Below are positions 50,053-64,000 of a stretch of DNA of 64,000 nt, in pieces. Positions within the stretch are counted from its first letter, which is position 1. Every line of letters starts with the position of its first letter. This stretch comes from the human T2T-CHM13v2.0 reference genome, Homo sapiens, in the NCBI RefSeq assembly GCF_009914755.1, contig NC_060940.1. The stretch is one strand, 5' to 3'. The translations under genes were made by a program, and so were the position numbers. A model generated the notes under the pieces. That model ran no database searches. It saw only the letters and a list, made by a program, of their open reading frames with translations, and had not been told where the DNA came from.

Positions 50053-51228
50053 TCACAATCTGGTGAGGCAGGGAGGGCATGGCTGAGGCACAGAAAGATA
50101 TCATGGGCCTCAAGGTGTGGTGTCAGCTGAAAATTCACTGACCCATGAGCCCACTGCCTCCCTCCTCCTTGGGTGAAGCAGTGGCCTGCCAAGGTCTCCA
50201 AAGCTCAGGGGCTCCTGCATCCTGACACTGCTTTCTGGGACACATGCAAACAGGGACAAGGGCGAGCCTGACATGGAGCAAATCTGACCACATGTGGCAC
50301 TGGCATCCCCTAAGAGCAGATGGAGTGAGTGTCTCCGAAGCCATATGGGGCAATGAAGAGACCAACAATTATGTCCAGGCATGTGCCCCGGGGGCACAGG
50401 TGACCTGCCCAAGAAAGCCAAAGAAAAGCAAAGCACACCTGGGAACTAGGAAAGGGCCTGTGCTGCAGTCCAAGCCACATTTGGGGATGCCTGCCTGAGG
50501 AGATAAGAGGTTAATGGAAAGTACACCCCACCCCCACTCCTCTACCAGCTAGGTATCCCTGATGCAACCTCCCCTGCACCCAGCCCAAGCCCAGTCCGTT
50601 TGACTCCCCAACACAAGGCAACCTCCCCTGCACCCAGCCCAAGCCGGGTCCCTTTGCCTCCCAGTCCCACCCAGGAGCAGAGGAACTGGATGTCCCTCAA
50701 GAATGAGACAGTAAGTGCAGATGAAATGCAACACAGCCTTTCCTAGAAGACAAAGGCCAGCCACAGTTGCCTACTGCTCATCCTAGATCTAGACAAACCA
50801 CGCAGCCATCAGGTGGGACATGGAGACCAAGGGAGCTTCCCTATCCAAGACAGGTATGGAAGCCCAGAGCTCCAGGATCGTCACACCTGCCCAATCAACC
50901 AGAAATAGGTTTGGAGAGGGAAACAACCATGAAACAGATCTCCACGAAGTTTCTTCTGATGGACTCCAAAGTGTTCTTTGTTGAAGACATTATGCCAGAC
51001 CAAGAAGACTCTAGGTCCCTCAGAAACATGGCAGATAGAGCAAGAGGGAGGAGAGAGCAGATGCCAGAGCCCAGATGGGATACAGCACAATGCTACAGCC
51101 ATGGGCATCCAGGAAGGAATGTCAACCGGGAGACTTGCCAGAAAGGCCAGTGTTTGAGTGAAAGAGGCCCTTGCCACATCCTGTTCCTGGCTTCTCCAAG
51201 CCTGTGTCGTGGTGGGGCCACATTTCAT

Positions 51229-51403
<175 letters not shown>

Positions 51404-52845
51404 AGGGCTACATTTCTTAATGACAGGAGAAAGCATGAGGACTTAGAACCAACTTCTTTGATGTCGGTCTGCACCCCTCCTTCAGAAGGACAATGAGCTC
51501 CTGGGAGGCTTTGGTCGTTGGGTGTGATGTGGTTGTCTGATCCTAGAAAAGAGGCCGCTCAGGATGGGAAGAAGATTTCAACCCCTGCGTGTCCGACGCA
51601 GCTCCCAACGTCGCTGAGGCCTTCAGAAACCCAAAGTGGCATCGCTAGGAAAACGACTGACAACCGGTCACACGACCCAGGCAGAGACCCAGAAAGAGGC
51701 TCACCAAAGACAGGCTGACATACAAGAAACCACCCTCCAGCGCACAGGGCACATTAGTCCCAAACACGCACACGAACACACACAAAGAAAGAGACAGAGA
51801 AACAGGAGAGAAAGAGAGACATACACACACAGAGACATACAGCAGTGGCACAGAAACACCCACCTCCAGGCAGCCCCAGAGGCTGCCGGGTTCTGCTCTC
51901 GGCAAGAATGACCCTCGGGTAAGAGAGCAGCCCACAGGCCCACAGTCAGGCCTGTCCTCGAGATCACAGGCGGCACGACTTGTGGTGAGACTCTCCCACA
52001 CACCATCTGGGGCAGGCCTGAGGCTTGGATGGCGCGCTGCTTCCCCGGGACCCCTCTACCTGAGGTTTCTTCATCCCGGTCGGCCCTCCGCGACTCCCGG
52101 CGTCCAAAAACCATCCTGTCGACCCCCGGGAGAGGTTAGGCTGGAGCCTTAACGCCTAGGCACTGCCACGGAGGGCTCCTGCTTCTCCAAGCATCAGGGA
52201 CCCATCCATCCCCTGGGCGATGATGGGGGTCACTGTGACGCGAGAATCGCCTCGTGCCTCGCACATGCGCATTTTCTAAACCGAATCTAGTTGGGCTCCT
52301 GGAAGTCAGTTTGTGGCTTCCTCAAAAATGGCAGCGCCTGCTGCGGTGGCGGGGGCTGCGGGGACTGCAGCATCCGAAGCTGGGTGGGGGGCATATAGGG
52401 GGATGCATGAAAGAGTGGGCTGCCTTACTACCCAGTGCCAGTCCCCTGGGAGTCCTGTACTCTGGACCTCCTTGAACCTTCTTCGGTGCCCGGTGGAGGT
52501 GGAGCTTCAGGGCATTCCAGACTCCTCTTCCCATGGGATTTTGGGTCCCGCAGAGCGAGCAGGGATGGGGTTACAATCTAGTGAGGCTGGGACAGCCTCC
52601 CTGGGGCACAGAATGATCCCATGGGCCTTAAGGCGTGGTGTCATGAGCTCACTGCCTTTCTCCTCCCTGGCCAGAACAGTGGTCTGCCGGGTCTTCAAAG
52701 CCGGCCTGCGAGGAAACAACTTGACCAGATCCACTGTCTGTGACATCTCATCTTCCCAGCATTCCTCCTTCAAGGCTCATTTCCAAAGCTTGATTTTCCG
52801 CAGACCAGCGTGAGGCGGGGAGCCTCTCATAGCATTGTCAGTAGG

Positions 52846-52859
52846 GTTGCCATAGTAAC
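52846..52859. promoter_or_regulatory. RFX X-box-like motif
   Basis: GTTGCCATAGTAAC versus consensus GTTGCCATGGCAAC. Confidence 0.45.
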
Positions 52860-54284
52860 GCTAGTCATCCGCTGGGCTCACCTCGCCCTTGCACTCTGAC
52901 CCCCATTCCCTCACCTTTCCCATTGCCATGCCCCTCCCGACATAGGCAGTGCAAGAGGGGCTTAAGACCTGCAGGCGGGCCAGTTCTCTTGGCGTCTTTC
53001 GATCCCACGTGGGAAGCTCCCTTCTGGGTATCTAAAACCGTCAGTTCACTGCCTGAAGTGAAAACACCCAGTCCCTGGTAACCTGGCCTTCCCTTTTCAA
53101 AGCCACCTAAATTTAGCTCTATCTCTTTGGGGTGTCACAAATCCCCCAGCACCCCAGGAACACCCGTTGGACCCCGGGCTGGATGCGTGGCCCACACCTG
53201 GCCTCTCACAGGGACACTCCCGCCACTGTTATAAAGAGAAGAAAACGTCACAGGCGAATGGTCTGACCCCTGCTGCATCCAATCAGCAAACAGCCCTAAG
53301 TGGCTTTGGGGTCCACGTCCACCATTTCTCTGACACCCACCCAGGTGGTTCCCAGGCCTTGGGGTCCCAGTGTGGAACTCAGCATAATTAACGCAGAACA
53401 GGAGGACCAGAGGGCCCCTTTGTCTCTCTCCACACATGAGGGAAGTTTGTGTGGTGAGGTCATGGACAGTGTTTGCATTTATGCCATGAATAGGGCTGTA
53501 GTGGAAACACTTTGATAATCTCTATTTAAATATCCCTTTGGACCACTTTAATAGTTTGCTGGGGGACCTTATTATAAAATATTATATATGGTTACACAGT
53601 GATAACAGTGATAACTCTCTTGATTCATTTTTTTTCATTTAGTTTTAAACATTAAGTACTCCAAGACTACATACTAATGAAACCGGTGTAGACAAAGCCT
53701 CAGATTAGGTACCAGGGTCACCTGTGGAAGGTCCTTGCTGAAGCCAGTCAGCCTATCAGCCTGTCCCTCAGGCCCAGCAGTATAAGTCGTTCCTCCAAGT
53801 CATTCAGTTGGCTGGCAGTAACCCCTGGTAGGATTCTGGAAGGCATCTGCTTTTCATCTTAGATTTTAAAACTCAGGGTGAAAAGTTTTCAAGACTTAAA
53901 AGCCCAAGTCTTTTATATTTTTAGTGTAATTTGGGGTATTAGAAAATCAGTATTTTCAGCATCTCTGAAATCACAATGCAAAAACAGCCCCAGTTTCATA
54001 AGGCCAACTCTTGGTATCTCTGTTCTGCAAAGTAGGGTAAGATGATGCCACAAAAGGCAGGTTGTATGCAACATTATCCTCACTCCAACAGAACTATCAC
54101 ACTTTAATCCAGGGGATCTTTAAATTATAAGACATAAAGAAAACCTTTCTTGAGATGGAAAATTTTATAAATCAGAGAAAAGGCTTCTAGAACATAAGAT
54201 TTACATCTTATAACAAATTATATGCCCTATTCTTTCCCTATTAATACATTAGTTTTTCCATAATACTTTTAATTTTTAGCTTGA

Positions 54285-54628
<344 letters not shown>

Positions 54629-56834
54629 TAATTTTTTTAAGCTGATGAAGAAATAACCCACCAGTGCCTTCTGGGGAAAAGCTTTCAAGCAAAGCAGTCA
54701 TTTTTGCTAGAGATTATAGAAGATGCTATCATGGTGAAATGGTGGAACTAATCCAGAACAATTCATAATCTTTTTTTCAGATCTTCACTCAAATCAGCCT
54801 CATGCACAAACATTCCTTACCCTCACTTCGGTAATACACTTTTGCCTCTCTCTCTTTTACACTTTCTCCCTGTAGCTGCTTTTTTGTGACTCCGTGGCAG
54901 GAAAAGAGAAAACATGCTATTTATAGAGCACTATTATGTGTCACGGACTATGGTAAATACCTTCAAGAAGAAAGTCTGGGCTAAAAGGGCTTCACCTCAG
55001 TCTAGAGGATGTACCTCACAGGGTCTTTGAACATTTGGTGACAGGCATTTTGGGCATGTCCTCTAGGCTGAGCTGTAGTCCTTATGGGACAAACTCACTC
55101 TGGAAGAAGCTCAAGTCCCACCTAAAGATTTCTGTCTCCTCTGTCTGGGGCTGTCAGCAGGGACAGAAGCCAAGAGCACCCTGCACTTGGGGATCGGCCA
55201 TAGGAGCTGCTCCCCGGATGGAGAGATGGCAGTTAGCAGCACAGGATGGGGACAAAAGGTGAGTTCCAAACAGCTCTGTCACAGAGAGTGTCAGCAGAGC
55301 TTTGTGACATCAATTGCAAAGAGAGGGGGCATGTGACGGAAGAAGCCCTGAGTGATGAGTCACAGCCCATTCTGAGGAAAGGGAGAAGAAAGTAGCATCC
55401 TGAGGCTCTCTTGCCTTATTAACCCATTGCATTTATTCTCAGAGGCTCCTGCCTAAAATGAAGACATTATTCCACCTCCATCTCCTTTCATTCTAAGCCA
55501 GAAATATGTGTGAGTTATCATTCAAGTGCATGGAGGTCTGTATTTTCTTCCTCCTTAAATGATAATTTAATACTAATAAATTCCTCAAAATTTTTACCTT
55601 ACATACGGGAGACAGAAGAAACAGGGCTTCAACACTGAGTTAATTAAAAATAATTCAAGCTAATTACTTTCCTTCACACCATAAATTTTGAACAGCGTTT
55701 TCATTATTCTTTGGGTGTTATAACATACATGCTTAAGCAGCCAAGCAAGCATCTCAATCTTTACTAATGATTCCAAGGAAAGGCAACTGTATTTCCTAAG
55801 GACAGTCAAAGTACGTGAAATGTAGAGGGTGAGGGAAGAAAAGGTGGTAGCTTGAGGTTCCAACATTCAATCAGGTTTAATTTATTTATTAATAAATAAA
55901 TTATTTGTCCTGGTATATAATTCTATTATTTTTATTTTTGTTTGGTTTCTTTTTTCAGTTTTATTTTTGATTGACAAATAGTAATTTACATATTTATGGT
56001 ATACAATGTAAAATTTCCATACATGCATACATTGTGTAATGATCAAATCAGAGTAACCATGATATTCACCACCTTAAACATGTATTACTTGATATGAATA
56101 TTAATCAAATTAAAATGAAAATGTTTATCAGTGGTGTCCTTCCCTCAATTTGTTTTACACACACTAGTGTCTAAGGCTAGCGCTATCCACTTGTCCACTT
56201 CAGTGGGCTCTTTCAAGTTAAAGTTTTTGCTCTTGGAAAGAAATACTGCTCCTATCATTTTCTTCAGTCTCCAAATGTAAATGCACAATAAATGTTCTGG
56301 ACAGTATAGAAAAATTACTAGACTGTGGATTCTGGTAAATTCCAAATCACATTAAATAGCAATAAAGGGTATCCACAGCCTCTTCCTTTATTCATGGATA
56401 ATTATTTGTTAGCTGTGGTCATCAACACTTGGAATTCTCTGATTGACTAATCTTTCACTTTGTAATAAATGTTAAATATTATCTATATGATATATTATTT
56501 GCGTATTCTATTACCAAGGAGATGAATACTCTTTCATATGTGGTAAATTTTTTATTCATTTATTTTTACCATGAGCATTAATTTTTTTAATATTGTATGT
56601 ATTGCAGATTTGTGTCTCAGTTTTTTGTCTTTTAACTCTCTAATTTTAATATATTTCGATTTGTTAGTTTCTTGTTTTCTCTTTTCCTTACATCAAAAAC
56701 TGCCTATTCTTTGTCAAAAAATAACCCCACAGTGACTTCTGCAAGTTATCCAGTTGTATTTTGCACATTTGAATCTACAATCAATTGATTATTATGTATA
56801 GAATAGAGAGGAATGAATGCATTTTACTGATTAA

Positions 56835-57141
<307 letters not shown>

Positions 57142-57528
57142 ATCTTAAAAGTAGGGAGATAAAAAACAGAGGTAAGCCACAAATGTGTAGGTACCATCCA
57201 CACAGCCTTGATAGAACCCAGAACAAAGAGAAGTAAGTATCGAGTATAAGAATATTTAGTCAAATATCATTAATAGATAAGGAAAACAATAAAACATTCT
57301 GAAAAATACAAAGACAAAAAGATTTTATTACCAGATATTCTTAATATTATACTTCAAAAAGAAATGAAAAAGAGACACTTGTAAACATATGGCAATATCT
57401 ATCATGTAAATTAAACTCAAAATGAGAGAATTGGCATCATTAATTTAAAAACTATTTAGACACACTGAAACTGTAAGTCGATACATTTAAGTTAAATTAG
57501 ATGGCAAGTTCTGTACTACTTAAATAAT

Positions 57529-58446
57529 TTAAGTGGTGACAGAATAATCTGTTTTTAATAAAAATAACTTGTTAACTTTCTGTCTCACCGTTTTCATCAC
57601 GCTGATTATCTTTTTATCAGATCTGAGTAGCACAAAAGGACTGACAGTGGCATACACATTGCCCACAAGCCTCTGGACACCCAGGACAACAGGGTCATAT
57701 GCCCATAGCAAGGTTGAGGTGAATAAGATGATGAAATCAACCCAGTAGATGACCACAAAGATACTCACTAGGAGCAGGATGGTCTGAGTGGCACTTTTCT
57801 CTGGGGAAGGTCTTGGGAAGAGGCTGGTGCTGTGAAAGTACCAGAATTTCATCTGGTGCCTAAACAAAAGAACCACCATGCATGTACTTGAAAGCAGCAT
57901 TATCCTTATAAGCAAAACATCTCTGGGTAATGACAGAGTAAGAAACAGTCTTCTGATGATAGAAAAGCGAACAGTATTTACTGATATGCAGAAGATTGCT
58001 CAGGGTCACACTGGAAGAAGCTATAGTGTACAAGATGAGATTACTACTAAAAAAAAAAACCTGAGAAAACATGAAAAGAAGAAGAAATGGCAGGTGAAAA
58101 CGGTGGATTTATGGTTAAACCTCACCAACCAAAAGCTGCTGGGGCTGATAATTATGGCCTGAAGAACACTCAGGAGGCAGGTTGTGCAACTGGAGAAACA
58201 TCTTATTATATTGTTTAGGTAGGAAAATACTTTACACTTGAAGTCATTCTGAAAATACAGTGACTCAAACACACCTGGAGAAAACAATGACACCATTGCA
58301 TCACTATGTGGATGAAGGCCAGGTGATTAATGGTCAGGTCAGTGGGCTTAGGCCTGCATTATAGAAGAAGTGTGAAGAAAATGAGGAAGTTGACGGTTGA
58401 GATTCCAACACCAGCTTGGAAAAAAGAGGTATTCTTCAATGAAAAC
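57529..58446 (-). pseudogene. Vomeronasal type-1 receptor (VN1R/V1R) pseudogene
   Basis: Single exon of ~920 nt reading FFQAGVGIS, RPKPTDLTINHLAFIH, FKCKVFSYLN, CTTCLLSVLQAIIISP, LFRHQ..YFHSTSLFPRPSPEKSATQTILLLVS, NVYATVSPFVLL; stops and frameshifts. Confidence 0.93.
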
Positions 58447-58766
58447 CTAAGTGGAGTGTAATAATCTAAACTGTGAAAGAGAAACATATTTTGAATATCT
58501 CAAAATAAGACTTTACATCATAAATATTATTTATGGTATGTTCAAATCATCACTAACATGTTTTATCTCATAAAATTCTTTCTTCATTAATTCTAGTACA
58601 TAAATTTTCAAAAAGTCTCAGCATTATTTTATACACTACAGTGTATAAATATATACATTCCAAGAATATTTGTGTGTATACATAATTTTAAAAATTTTTT
58701 AAAAATCTGACTCTCACATCACAGCATTAATTTTCTCAGCCTCTCTTTCACATTTAAGAACTTTTG

Positions 58767-59088
<322 letters not shown>

Positions 59089-59108
59089 TTAGGCTCACAC
59101 TCAATTTT

Positions 59109-59147
59109 GATAAGATCAGGTGTATTCAGGGTGGTATGGCTGTAGAC
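59109..59147 (-). pseudogene. 5S rRNA pseudogene fragment (first ~39 nt)
   Basis: Reverse complement GTCTACAGCCATACCACCCTGAATACACCTGATCTTATC versus 5S GTCTACGGCCATACCACCCTGAACGCGCCCGATCTCGTC; the differences are CpG transitions. Confidence 0.88.
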
Positions 59148-59387
59148 ACCAAACTCATAATTCAGATTAATCTCCTTAATTTAGAATCAACTGATTATCA
59201 CCCTTGGTTGTATCTGCAGCCTCTATTTGTCTTTGTCATATACTATACTATATTCCTAGAACCAGGGGGTTAAGACATGGGCACTTTTGTGAGGCATTAT
59301 TTCATTTATCACAACTCCTGTTAACTGTATTTTATTAAAATAATCCTGGCTCTGTCCAACTTGTGTTTTGATCCCAGATAACTCTTA

Positions 59388-59744
<357 letters not shown>

Positions 59745-62388
59745 TCAATATTAAGAGGACCTACGCTGCCATTCTCTGCCTTTTAACATCAAAAAAGTTG
59801 CATTAAAATGATAACATGATGATCTTTGTTGAGACTTCAATTATTACAGAGATATCCTTCCATGCCTTGGAAAAATACTAAGGTCTTTAATACTGAAGAT
59901 AATTTGCTATATCTTAAAGAGAATATCTCTGTATCAGAATACTTTATAAATTTATGGAATACTTTTGCAATTACTTTTTCGTGTTACTGTCCCTGAATAT
60001 AGGCACTATTATTGCATCCAATTAAGTTAATCCAGGGCTTAGAATAATTTAGCTTTATAACATACACACACACACACAAATTGGCAAACAAATTACTCAA
60101 ACTTTAACATAAAAAAGTTAAATTATGATTTCAAGGTCACTTACAATTCTACCAACCTATAAATGTAAATATGTAAGACAATGAAGATAATTTGACATTT
60201 TTAGATTATACTGAGAAATTCATATCTGAGTTAGAAAACTGCTCTAATACCAACTGATGTGGATGTGTTTACAAAATAGAAATTGTGTAGTTGATATAAT
60301 CGTTGTTGTTTTATCTCTCAATGCATAATCTAGTACAGGTATACACTTATCTCAATGTCCAGAACCAAACAACAGACCACTGCCACCAACATATACTGGT
60401 GCCTTCAACATACTTGGGTTTTGCTTTCATTTTAGATCCAGAAGCTCCAGTATTATGTCAGATTAAAGGCAAAATAATCTTTCCATTTAAAGTACAACGG
60501 TTTAGTACCAACAAAACAATAGTTGTACTTGAACTACTAATATATAAATAATTATTTAGTAAACATATAGCAATCACTTTACAAATATGCTGCGTGTATT
60601 GTAAGTCATGTCCCAGAAACAAATAATAAAATTAGAAAAAGAAAACACAGATAAGAATTCTAGTATTTTTTGCTTGCCCAATGTTGTATCCAAGCCACAT
60701 ATTTTAATACATGCTGCACATTTATTTTAAATAAATTCTACCTACTGCAAAAGAGTTTATCTGTTAAATTATCTTTTTTTGTTCTCTAATGAGGATTTTG
60801 AGAATGTTGATCCTGAGTCTAGAGGAAAGAACAGTGATTTTCACAAACTAGGCATTTAGTTCGATTTGAATTTTAGGTAAATAATGGATGAGTATTTTGT
60901 GTAAATACCTTCAAAGAATTGCTTACACATACTATACACAAATATGCAAATACTGCATAGCTATACAGAAAAGTTCTTTGTTGTTTATTCTAATTTTAAG
61001 CTTAAGCGTGTTTTCTGTATTTTTATTTGGTAAATCTGCCATATCTACCATAAAATTATCATAAAATGTGAAATAACATGTTATAGACCTAAGAAGACAG
61101 AACGGAACAAAATTCATAAAAGCCATATGATTTGGCCAGAATGTAAAAGAAAATTGCTTCCTAAATAATATATAAAAATATAAATCGAGATGTACATGTG
61201 AGCTTTTGTTTGTTTTAAGTAAAAATATTGTTTGAGTTCTGTTTTGTTGACAAGGACTTAGACCAGACAACCTGCCTGGGCAAGGTTACCATGAAAGTGA
61301 GATCACACGTGACAAAGTTTAAAGCCCATCTGTTCCTCGCCTGCTGTTTTTCAGGAGTTAAAAGTTAGTTAAGTTTAGTTTTCCCCTTGTTGGCTCCTTT
61401 CTAATAATCTTTATCCCTAGGCTATCCTGCTTCTACAGGTGACATGAAAATTATTGGCCTAAATGGAGATGAGCTCTTGGCATCGTTTCCTTATAACATA
61501 TTGTGGGCCTCAACCTACATACAAAGATTCAACTGAAAGACTCAGCTGGGTGAATGTCTGTTATCCATCTGCATAAACAGTGAGAGCTTAAGACTCAAGT
61601 GGGTGGTGGCATGAGGCAGCATTTTCTCAGTGGTATGTTAGTAGAATTGCTTCTCATAATCACAGTCTAATTATCATTGAATCACTGCTAAGAGCAGAAC
61701 ATTTTTCAAGATAAAATATAAATTTACTCTTATGAGGACATAAACTTATAGATTTGTGGAAAGACCTTTGTATTTTCATGGTGTTGTATTTGAGTTGGGA
61801 TTTAATGAATTAGCTATATTACACCTTATTTTATTCATTTATGTAAAATTTTGTATTTTGAAACAAACATAAGCCAATTGAGATATTTTTTAGTTAGTTT
61901 CCTTTGTTCTTTTTAGTTTGGAGAATCATTAGCATGTTTATAATATTTTAGGATTGCTTAAAATTGTGTTATCTTAATATATTAGATACTTGCAATACTT
62001 TATAGTAATAATTATCAGAAACCATAAAGATCCTTTTGTTTTACTGTTTTGTAAAATTTTTTCTTTTTTTTTCTGATTACCACATAACTATCTAAAAATG
62101 TCACATTTTGCTATTTATTAAATCTTTACAGAGTTAAAATCTTCCCTGAATGGGGACTTGCAATATTCATGATAATTTTAAATACTGTCTTAAATTAATT
62201 GTTTTATTACTGTGTTTTGTAAACAAACCAAACTTATAAAATTGGTTTTATATTTTTTAGGTAAGATTGCTTAGTGATAAGAGTAATAATTTACAAAATT
62301 TACAAAAATATTAAGGATATAGTATTTCCTTTTTGAAAAGGGTCTTCTCATATTGTATCCCTATCACTTCTAAGTTTATGATTTTATT

Positions 62389-62628
62389 TTTCTTTCTTTC
62401 TTTTTTTTGAGACAAAGTATGTCTCACTTTGTCACCCAGGCTGGAGTGCAGTGGCATGGTGCTGGCTCACTACAACCTCCACCTCCGTGCCTGGTTAATT
62501 TGTATTTTTAGTAGAGACTGGATTTCACCATGTTGACCAGGCTCATCTGGAAATTCTCACCTCAAGTGCTCTGCCTGCTTTGGCCTCCCAAACTGCTGGG
62601 ATTACAGGAGTGAGCTACCATTCCCGGC
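62389..62628 (-). mobile_element. Alu with internal deletion
   Basis: Antisense Alu missing part of the right arm. Confidence 0.85.
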
Positions 62629-62939
62629 CAAATTTGTAATCTAATTAAAATATATATTCATAAATATAACTAGTAAATGTCAAGTTGTTGAAGTTAGTAA
62701 GTAGCTATTTCTGCATTCAGTAGAAATAGTGTTCTTTGTGTCTATGTTTCTTTAAAATGAAAGACAGGGTGAAATTAGGATAGGAGAAAAACACAAAATA
62801 ATGCTGATAGAGATTGTCTGTGGCACACAAGGTTACAAACATCTTAAAAACATACATAATAGTAAACCTCTGTGTCCTCGAACATCAGATTATTTTAATC
62901 TGTCAATAAATTTATTGGTTTCCAAGCTCTTTGTTCTTA

Positions 62940-63720
62940 GGGCAAATGAGAGGCCAGCTATGCAGATAAGTTGAGGAAGAGTATTCCAGAAAGGTAAGTC
63001 AGAACCTGCACAGGCCCTGAGGCATTATGTGCTTAGCAAATTCAAGGTACCCCATGAAGGGCCATAGCTTCAGTGTTGTGAATGAAGGGGAGACAGAAGA
63101 CAGAGGTGAAGTGTGTGGGGTTGGGGACTAGATCTTGTATTGTCTCATGAATGAATGTAAGGATTTGGGCTTTTACTCAAGGTGAAATGCTATCATTTGA
63201 GGTGTTTGGAACCAAGGAGTGATACGATCTGTCTTATGTCGTTAAAGGATTATGATGGCTGTGTTGAGAATACACTCTAGGCAACACGGACAAGGGGAAA
63301 ATGTTATAGAAAGACCAGCACGGAAGCTACTGCTCTAATAAAGACAAGATAATGGCAGAGAAAGATGGTGATAAATGGCTGTTGTATGCACATATCTTGA
63401 ATATGGAACTCATGGGATATTCTGATGGGTAAGCTGTAGGATGAAAAGAGTCAAGGTTGACTTCAAGGTTTTTGGTCTGAGGAAGTAAAGGACAAACCTG
63501 TTTGCTGGAGAGAAATATGGTGGGTGAAGCATGCTTGCAAGATGAAAGTGGGGGAGACCAGAAGTCTGAGAAGATGTTAAATATTCAGAAAGAGATGTTA
63601 CAAAATCAGTGGGATATAAGAGTTTCACATACAGGGAAGATGTTAGAATTGGGGATGGTGCAACTGATGTTTGAAGCCATGAGAAAGGAATAATGGGGAG
63701 GAACCTCTTTAGAAAAAAAT
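62940..63720 (-). mobile_element. L2 fragment
   Basis: Degenerate L2-like motifs (GAGTATTCCAG, AGGCCCTGAGG, GGATTTGGGCTTTTACTC, AGAGTCAAGGTTGACTTCAAGGTTTTTGGTCTGA). Confidence 0.65.
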
Positions 63721-64000
63721 CACATTTATGCATTAGAAATGATGACATGGTCTTCTAATTGAGTCTTTGATGCCCTTTCTATGTAAAACCAACACTGAGA
63801 ATTTATCACTTCAAACTGTAGAGTGATGGTAGTGTGCTCTTAAATGTCTGCTATCAGGAACTCAATCCATTCATGGCAAGCATCACATGTACTTAGAATA
63901 ACTAGCAGTATACAATCTGTAATAACGGAACAAAATCAAGCAAAGGGGCCTGAGTAGAGAGTGAAGAGTCATTAGCTCCTGTTCCCACCAGCTAAGCTTG

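Noticed and set aside
57529-57915. 128-aa V1R ORF as a functional receptor
   Set aside because: It covers only the last ~3 transmembrane helices; the upstream part has stops and frameshifts

Overview
Primate (human or great-ape) pericentromeric-type DNA made of pseudogenes and repeats. I see no intact protein-coding gene. Identifications come from recognising sequence by eye and from memory of the parent genes; no database search was run. From left to right: (1) two divergently oriented, intron-containing FGFR3 pseudogene fragments forming an old ~7 kb palindrome (4.0-12 kb); (2) a processed SLC25A1 pseudogene joined directly to a truncated Alu; (3) a 13 kb nested retroelement stack, in which an older L1PA hosts both a UBE2M retrocopy (UBE2MP1) and a younger full-length L1PA; (4) a twin-primed (5'-inverted) older L1; (5) a solo HERV-K(HML-2) LTR5; (6) an unprocessed TBC1D3/TBC1D26-family pseudogene; (7) a tandem array of ZNF143/THAP11-type motifs; (8) two diverged SST1/NBL2 macrosatellite units; (9) a VN1R vomeronasal receptor pseudogene and a 5S rRNA fragment. 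The gene set resembles human 16p11.2 around UBE2MP1 (inference). The strongest leads are shared private mutations between the nested L1s, a UBE2MP1 nonsense codon that leaves exactly the UBE2M N-terminal docking peptide, and the ZNF143-motif array. None of these amounts to a demonstrated new biological system.
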